DNA of 58,132 bases, from contig JAXGZF010000005.1 of the NCBI GenBank assembly GCA_040771865.1, positions 372,001-430,132 of the forward strand, in the 5' to 3' direction. This DNA comes from Desulfobacterales bacterium. Its GTDB lineage: Bacteria > Desulfobacterota > Desulfobacteria > Desulfobacterales > UBA2245. Shown here piece after piece: positions 52,520-58,132 of this stretch; position 1 is the first letter of the stretch, and each line of letters opens with the position of its first letter. The notes beneath the pieces were generated by a model. It made no database searches. It was not told the origin of the DNA and saw only the letters and a program-made list of their open reading frames with translations. The position numbers and the translations under genes are program-made.

Positions 52520-52864
52520 GTGAAAATCTTTGATTCATTCAGGAAAAAGGGCGGGGCAAACGACGCTGTGGAGACGGAGGAAATTCAGGATCAGGCCAAG
52601 CTGCAGGCCGAAGCGGACATATCTTCAAGAGATACTTTAAGTTCGGCCGTCAGAGAGACCAGAAAGCAGGCCCAGCTAAAAGAACACCGGTACCGTGCCG
52701 GCGTCATCAGCTTCGTGTCCGTGGTCATGGATGACCTGCAATCGGCGAGTGAAAAGAACTACCCGGCCGTGATCAGCATGACCGTGGCGACGCTGAAACA
52801 CTTTATCGAAGCGGAAAGCAGCGCCAATGCCGATCTGCTGGCTTTTCTGAAAGATTCGGAATGA
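52520..52864 (+). CDS. Hypothetical protein
   Basis: GTG after AGGAGGA; directly upstream of the CoA-transferase. Confidence 0.6.
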   Translation: MKIFDSFRKKGGANDAVETEEIQDQAKLQAEADISSRDTLSSAVRETRKQAQLKEHRYRAGVISFVSVVMDDLQSASEKNYPAVISMTVATLKHFIEAESSANADLLAFLKDSE

Positions 52865-52912
52865 GCGGGACGGGACGGCTGCCGGAATGCGGACCAATGC
52901 GGGAGTGAGCCC

Positions 52913-54139
52913 ATGAAAGGAAACAAGGAAGATCGCGCCTGCCTGCTCGACTCGATTCGGGTCGTAGAATGCGGGGTGTTTCATGCCGGCCCGGGCGCCG
53001 CCGCCATTCTGGGAGAACTGGGGGCCGAGGTGATCAAGGTGGAAACCCTGTCCGGTGATCCGGAAAGAACCTGGTACGGCCTGGGTCATATCAACCTCAA
53101 GGCGCCGGATTCCAATTCCATGATGTTCGAGGTGTCCAACCCGAACAAGAAAAGCATCTGCCTGGACATCGAACATGCCCAGGGAAGACAGGTGTTTGAG
53201 GAACTGATTCGAACCGCGGACGTGTTCATCACCAATCTTCGCCAATCGACCCGGATTCGCCTGAAAATAGATTGCCCGTCCCTGGCAAGAATTCGTCCGG
53301 AACTGATCTATGCCGGCATTTCGGGCTTCGGTCCGAAGGGCCCGCTGTCGGATGCCGGCGCCTTCGATCCCATGGCCCAGGCCCGTTCCGGCATGATGTT
53401 CGCGACCGGAAACGGCGAACCCCTGGTGATGCAGCTCGCGGTTCTGGACCAGGCCGCGGCGATTTCCGCATCCCAGGCGATTCTCGGCGCTCTGTTCTAC
53501 CGGGAGCGGTTCGGCACGGGGCAGGAGGTTCATGTCTCGCTCTATGGAACCGCCCTGTGGCTGATGCAGTCCAATGTGACGATCCGGGGCATGTTTTCCC
53601 TGGATCCGGCCGTTCTCTGGGCCCGCGAAAACAACTCCCCGCTTCGAAACAGCTTTCTGTGCAAGGACGGAAACTGGATCATGGGAACCCATCATCCCGA
53701 GGAAAGATACTGGAAGCCGTTCTGCGAGGCCACCGGCCAGAGCCGGCTGCTCGACGATTTCCGGTTTTCCGATGAAGCCGGCCGCCAGCAGCGCTATCCC
53801 GAGCTGGTCGCGATTTTCGATCCGGTGTTTGCCGGTAAAACCCGGGATGAATGGATGGAGATTTTTCCGGCATACGGCCTGATGTTCAGTCCGGTTCTGA
53901 GAATCGAAGATGTGCTTTGCGACGACCAGGCCCTGGCCAACGGCTATGTTCGGAGTTTTGAGCATCCGGTTTACGGGGAGGGCAAGGCCGCCGGCTTTCC
54001 CGTTCACTTCGGCAAGGCCCGCACGATTGCCCGAAAATCCGCGCCCGCGCTTGGCGAGCACACCCGGCACGTTCTGGGCGATCTGGGGTATACGGAGCGG
54101 GAGATCGACCGCCTTTTTGCCGTCAAGGCCGTCGGATGA
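52913..54139 (+). CDS. Family III CoA-transferase (CaiB/BaiF)
   Basis: AGP...LGAEVIKVE...GDP, NPNKKSI, ADVFITN, GFGPKGP, APALGEHT. Confidence 0.93.
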   Translation: MKGNKEDRACLLDSIRVVECGVFHAGPGAAAILGELGAEVIKVETLSGDPERTWYGLGHINLKAPDSNSMMFEVSNPNKKSICLDIEHAQGRQVFEELIRTADVFITNLRQSTRIRLKIDCPSLARIRPELIYAGISGFGPKGPLSDAGAFDPMAQARSGMMFATGNGEPLVMQLAVLDQAAAISASQAILGALFYRERFGTGQEVHVSLYGTALWLMQSNVTIRGMFSLDPAVLWARENNSPLRNSFLCKDGNWIMGTHHPEERYWKPFCEATGQSRLLDDFRFSDEAGRQQRYPELVAIFDPVFAGKTRDEWMEIFPAYGLMFSPVLRIEDVLCDDQALANGYVRSFEHPVYGEGKAAGFPVHFGKARTIARKSAPALGEHTRHVLGDLGYTEREIDRLFAVKAVG

Positions 54140-54145
54140 CCGCCG

Positions 54146-54187
54146 AAAAAGGGGTGCCTTCCGCCGCCGCGGTTGACGGCGGAAGGC
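54146..54187 (-). terminator. Terminator between the CoA-transferase and degQ
   Basis: GCCTTCCGCCG/CGGCGGAAGGC stem; minus-strand T-run nearby. Confidence 0.55.
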
Positions 54188-54202
54188 TGGAGGAGGAAAA
54201 AA

Positions 54203-55645
54203 TCAGCGGGTCAGCGTAACCACCCTGAATCCTTCGCGCGGTCTTTGAATCAGAAGGGATGTGGACTGGTCCTTCTGAATCTTGTCCATTCGGGCCGTGA
54301 AGGTTTTGATGTCCGGGACCGGCTCGTGATCCATTTCCTTGATCAGATCTCCCCGCTGCAGGCCGGCTTTTGCCGCAGGACTGTTTCCGCTCACGCCGGT
54401 CACGAGAATGCCGGTTTCATTCTTTTCCAATCCGAACTGCCGTTTGATCTCAGGGGTGAGCTCCGTCACCGCCAGGCCCCAGTCGTCGCTTTGATCCCGA
54501 CTCCTGGCCGGGCGGGATGCGGTCTCGGCCCGCTTGGCCAGTTTGACCTCGATGGTTTTCCTTTGTTCATTTCTCACGACGGAGAGCTTGGCCGCATGGC
54601 CGACCGGAAGATTGGCGATGAGGGCGGAAAGCTCCCGGCTGGTTGAAACCGGTTTTCCATCAACGGCAACGATCACGTCGCCCGCCTGAATTCCGGCTTT
54701 GTCCGCCGGGTCGTCCTTGAATACCTCGGTCACCAGAACGCCCTTTTTCTCGCTGATCCGGTAGTATTCGGCGAGCTCCGAAGAAAGATCCTGAATGCTG
54801 ACGCCCAGCCAGCCCCGTGTCACCTCTCCCTGGGTCTTGAGCTGCGCAATGATGCCCTGGGCCAGGTTGATGGGAATGGCAAAGCCGATTCCCTGGCCGC
54901 TCGAGACAATCGCCGTGTTGATTCCCACCACCTCTCCGTCCATGTTCACCAGCGGGCCGCCGCTGTTTCCGGGGTTGATGGAGGCATCGGTCTGAATGAA
55001 GTCGTCATAGGGTCCGGAACCGATCACGCGTCCCTTGGCGCTGACGATTCCCGCCGTAACGGTTTGCTCCAGGCCAAAGGGGCTTCCGACGGCGACCACC
55101 CAGGAGCCCACTTCCAGGGCGTCGGAATCGCCCATATTGAGAAAAGCGATGTTCCCGGGCGCCTTGATCTTGATCAGCGCGATGTCGGTGTTGGAATCCC
55201 GCCCGACCAGTTCCGCGTCGAACTCTTTTTCATCGGCAAGACGGACGATGATCTCATCGGCGTTGTCGATCACGTGATTGTTGGTCACGATATAGCCTTC
55301 GGCATCGATGACGAATCCGGACCCCAGGCTTCGCTGCTTGAATTCCCGGCCCTGGTCGTTTTCGGGAAAGAGATTGAAAAAATCCTCAAAGGGGTTCTTG
55401 CCGTCGAATTGATCGCCGAAGCGGTCGCCGAAAAAATGCCGGAAAACGCGCCCCCCTCCCTTGATGGTTTTGACGGTTCGAATGTTCACCACGCCGGGGC
55501 TCACCTTTTTGGAAAGCTCGGTAAAGCTTTCCGGAACCCCGGCCTGCGACGCATCGACCCATGGCGAAAACGCCCCGAATCCCGTCAGCATGAGCGAGGC
55601 CAGCAAGACGGAAATCGATTTTGAAAAACGCTTCAGTGGATTCAT
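54203..55645 (-). CDS. degQ: DegP/DegQ (HtrA) periplasmic serine protease with two PDZ domains
   Basis: SLGSGF, TNNHV, DIAL, QTDASINPGNSGG, RGWLGV; ATG after AGGAGG. Confidence 0.93.
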   Translation of the reverse strand: MNPLKRFSKSISVLLASLMLTGFGAFSPWVDASQAGVPESFTELSKKVSPGVVNIRTVKTIKGGGRVFRHFFGDRFGDQFDGKNPFEDFFNLFPENDQGREFKQRSLGSGFVIDAEGYIVTNNHVIDNADEIIVRLADEKEFDAELVGRDSNTDIALIKIKAPGNIAFLNMGDSDALEVGSWVVAVGSPFGLEQTVTAGIVSAKGRVIGSGPYDDFIQTDASINPGNSGGPLVNMDGEVVGINTAIVSSGQGIGFAIPINLAQGIIAQLKTQGEVTRGWLGVSIQDLSSELAEYYRISEKKGVLVTEVFKDDPADKAGIQAGDVIVAVDGKPVSTSRELSALIANLPVGHAAKLSVVRNEQRKTIEVKLAKRAETASRPARSRDQSDDWGLAVTELTPEIKRQFGLEKNETGILVTGVSGNSPAAKAGLQRGDLIKEMDHEPVPDIKTFTARMDKIQKDQSTSLLIQRPREGFRVVTLTR

Positions 55646-55715
55646 GATGATTCCTCCTGTAAATTGATTCAATGATTCATAACGACCCGGCAGTTTCGTT
55701 TTCCTGCCTGATCGA

Positions 55716-55759
55716 ACCATAGCACGCAAAGCTTACCGCAATATGACCGAAACATTACC
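55716..55759 (-). promoter_or_regulatory. degQ promoter with tandem OmpR-family-type direct repeats
   Basis: Minus strand GGTAAT-N5-GGTCAT-N5-GGTAAG (11-bp period), then extended -10 TGCTATGGT. Confidence 0.6.
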
Positions 55760-55809
55760 ATTTGGTCATGTTACCGCGAATCCGGATTTTTTTCGAAAGC
55801 ATGCCGGTT

Positions 55810-57231
55810 CTATGCGGTTTTCTGCACCGGATTTTTCGGCAGAAGAATCCGAATGCGAGTTCCCCGGCCCGGCGCACTGTCCACGGCGATGTCTCCGCCG
55901 TGAAACAAAACGATGGCCCTGACCAGGCTCAACCCCAGTCCGCTTCCGGGTTCGGACCGGCTTCGATCGCACCGGTAGAAGCGTTCGAAAACATGCGGCA
56001 GATCTTTTTCCGAGATGCCGATGCCGGTGTCGGACACCTCCAGGCGGACATGGTCGGTTTCCTCCGCCAGGGTCAGGGCCACGGAGCCGCCCGAAGGCGT
56101 ATATTTGACGGCGTTGTCGATCAGGTTGGCGACCATGCGCTGAATCTTTCCGATCTCGCCCTGGATCACGGCCCGATCCGGCGCGATGCAGGACAGGCCG
56201 ACCTTTTTGTCTTCGGCAAAGGGCTCGAACAGTTCGCAGGCTTCCCGGACCACGGCCGCCATGTCCAGGGATTCGGGCTGCAGCCGCTGAACGCCGGCCT
56301 CGGTCTCGCTGATGACCAGCATGGTGTTGATCATGTCCAGAAGCCGGTCGCATTCCTCGACCGTACTGGCCGCCATGGCTTCAAACGCGGGAAGGGACCG
56401 GTCCGTGGTCAGGGTGACCTCGGCCAGGCCGCGGATCCGGGTGACCGGGCTCTTCAGGTCGTGAGCGATATGGTCGTTCATTTCACGAATGCCCGATACC
56501 AGGGCCTGAATGCGGTCGATCATCTCGTTGAAGGTGGTGGCCAGCCGGTTGATCTCGTCTTGTCCCGGCAGGGAGGGCACCCTTTTTTCGAGCGCTCCGT
56601 CCGCGATCTGGCGCGCGGTCCGCGTCACCGCCTCGACCCCGGATACGGCCCGTCGCGCGATGAACCATCCGGCCAGGGCGGCCAGCACCACGAGCAGACT
56701 CATGGTGGCGATGAATATCTTTTTAAACGCCTCGATAAAACGGGTGTATTCCTCCATGGACTGCCCGAACTGCAGCAGAATTCCCGGACCGATCATGCCG
56801 TAGCAGACCCGGATCTCCGATTTGCGTTTGGCGATGACCATGGTGTCGAAAACCGGGGCGCCCCGGCTGAGAACCTGATCCAGGGCCCCGCGGTTCACAT
56901 CGATATCCTGCCAGTAGGTCATGTTGGAGGAGGAAAAGATCTCTCCGTTCCGGTAGAGCAGGCGGATGAAGATCTTTTTGACCCCCGCGGCCTGGGCTTC
57001 CAGAACCGCGACCCGCTTGACCGCATCGACGCCCTTGACGGAAAGCAGGGTCGAAAACTGGTTGACCTGGCTGAGCAGATCCGCATCGACCCGCTGCCGG
57101 ATCACGGAAACAATCAGCATGTAGAACATCAGGAAGGCCACGCAGGAGGTGAGGGTGAATATTCCCGCATGCCAGAGGGTGAGGCGGAAGGCCAGGGTGC
57201 GGCGCAGTCTATTCGGCTTTCTTGAGAACAT
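55810..57231 (-). CDS. Sensor histidine kinase (HAMP, CusS/CpxA-like)
   Basis: 2 TM segments, DEINRLA, H-box AHDLKSP, NLIDNAVKY, DTGIG, GSGLGL. Confidence 0.95.
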   Translation of the reverse strand: MFSRKPNRLRRTLAFRLTLWHAGIFTLTSCVAFLMFYMLIVSVIRQRVDADLLSQVNQFSTLLSVKGVDAVKRVAVLEAQAAGVKKIFIRLLYRNGEIFSSSNMTYWQDIDVNRGALDQVLSRGAPVFDTMVIAKRKSEIRVCYGMIGPGILLQFGQSMEEYTRFIEAFKKIFIATMSLLVVLAALAGWFIARRAVSGVEAVTRTARQIADGALEKRVPSLPGQDEINRLATTFNEMIDRIQALVSGIREMNDHIAHDLKSPVTRIRGLAEVTLTTDRSLPAFEAMAASTVEECDRLLDMINTMLVISETEAGVQRLQPESLDMAAVVREACELFEPFAEDKKVGLSCIAPDRAVIQGEIGKIQRMVANLIDNAVKYTPSGGSVALTLAEETDHVRLEVSDTGIGISEKDLPHVFERFYRCDRSRSEPGSGLGLSLVRAIVLFHGGDIAVDSAPGRGTRIRILLPKNPVQKTA

Positions 57232-57886
57232 AGCCCACTCCCCGCACCGTGTGAATCAGCCTGGGTTCCACGCCCTTGTCGATCTTGTCACGCAACCGGC
57301 AGATTCTGGCTTCCACCACGTTGGTCTGGGGATCGAAATTGTAGTTCCAGACGTGCTCCATGATCATGGTTTTGGAAACCACCCTTCCGGCGTTTCGCAT
57401 CAGGTACTCCAGAAGCGAAAACTCCAGGGGCTGAAGATCCAGCTTCCGGTTCTTGCGAAACACCTCCCGGGAGAGCAGGTCGATGGTCAGGTCCTCCACG
57501 CTCAGCCGGGTCGGATCGGATATGCCGCCGGCCCTTCGAATCAGGGCCTGAACCCGGGCGAGCAGTTCGGAAAAGGCGAACGGCTTGGTCAGGTAGTCGT
57601 CTCCGCCCGTCTGAAGCCCTCGAACCCGGTCGTCGATGGATCGCCGCGCACTGAGAATGATGACCGGAATGTTGATCTTCTGGGCGCGCAGGCGTTCAAT
57701 CAGGCTCAGGCCGTCCAGGCCGGGCAGCATGATGTCGATGACCGCGGCATCATAGGGACAGGTCTGGGCCAGGTGCAGCCCCTCGTTTCCGTCGGCGGCC
57801 GCATCCACGGCGAATCCGGCGGCGGTAAACCCTTTTGTGATGAAAGAGGCGATCTTTGAATCGTCTTCGACCAGAAGAATGCGCAT
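57209..57886 (-). CDS. OmpR-family response regulator (CusR/CzcR-like)
   Basis: LLVEDD, DIMLPGLDG, DDYLTKPFAFSELLAR, IHTVRGVGY. Confidence 0.95.
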   Translation of the reverse strand: MRILLVEDDSKIASFITKGFTAAGFAVDAAADGNEGLHLAQTCPYDAAVIDIMLPGLDGLSLIERLRAQKINIPVIILSARRSIDDRVRGLQTGGDDYLTKPFAFSELLARVQALIRRAGGISDPTRLSVEDLTIDLLSREVFRKNRKLDLQPLEFSLLEYLMRNAGRVVSKTMIMEHVWNYNFDPQTNVVEARICRLRDKIDKGVEPRLIHTVRGVGYVLKKAE

Positions 57887-57915
57887 GCACGTTCCTTAAC
57901 GGAAGTTTTTTGAAG

Positions 57916-57944
57916 AATATATGCATAAAATGACGCGTTGGCAA
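57916..57944 (-). promoter_or_regulatory. Sigma-70 promoter of the response regulator/kinase operon
   Basis: TTGCCA-N17-TATATT. Confidence 0.5.
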
Positions 57945-57964
57945 GGAGGTTGATCAGGGAGTCG

Positions 57965-58095
57965 AAGCTCAAAGCTCAAAGCTTCAGGTTTCAGGTTTCA
58001 TCCCTCAGCCCTTCTTCCTCAGGTCTCAGGTCTCATCCCTCAGCCCTCAGTCCTTCCCCCTCAGGTCTCAGGTTTCAGCCCTCAGCCCTTCTTCA
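57965..58095. repeat. Heptamer tandem array with higher-order structure
   Basis: Units TCAAAGC, TCAGGTY, TCATCCC, TCAGCCC, TTCTTCC in a 7-nt register. Confidence 0.85.
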
Positions 58096-58132
58096 AAATC
58101 TTTTCCTTGACCCAAAAACAACATGAATTGTA

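Noticed and set aside
57938..58126. 62-aa ORF across the heptamer array, or a CRISPR interpretation of it
   Set aside because: Low-complexity translation of the repeat; no repeat-spacer architecture and no cas genes

Overview
A 58-kb chromosomal segment made mostly of core genes; gene content and order suggest a deltaproteobacterium, probably Desulfobacterales-like (inference). Housekeeping genes: HU, larB, kdsB, efp, guaA, serB, typA, purA, tadA, amtB, ileS-lspA-lgt-holA-pyk, argC, folD, tRNA-Pro(CGG) and tRNA-Arg(ACG). Also present: SulP, DMT, CDF and TRAP transporters, an acpP-fabF-fabH cluster, a ChlI/ChlD-type AAA+/VWA gene and a Lon-like protease. The right end is an envelope-stress region: an ECF sigma operon divergent from a MacAB-TolC-type exporter, plus a response regulator-histidine kinase-DegQ operon. 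I saw no CRISPR array, prophage or transposase. The most interesting signals are not in the ORF track: (1) an A10 slippery run at the AAA+/VWA junction of the chlD-like gene, where a shift in either direction gives a ChlI-sized protein; (2) an unannotated Tyr-rich leader peptide (MQIRHHIAYTYKY) with attenuator-like alternative hairpins ahead of the TRAP operon; (3) two matching back-to-back ECF promoters, CTGTAACCTT-N14-CGACAA; (4) an in-frame TGA in a secreted EF-hand gene; (5) a sharply bounded G-skewed block in fabF; (6) a MITE-like repeat family, a rod-like RNA candidate after HU, and a higher-order heptamer array. All calls come from reading motifs by eye; no searches or folding programs were run.
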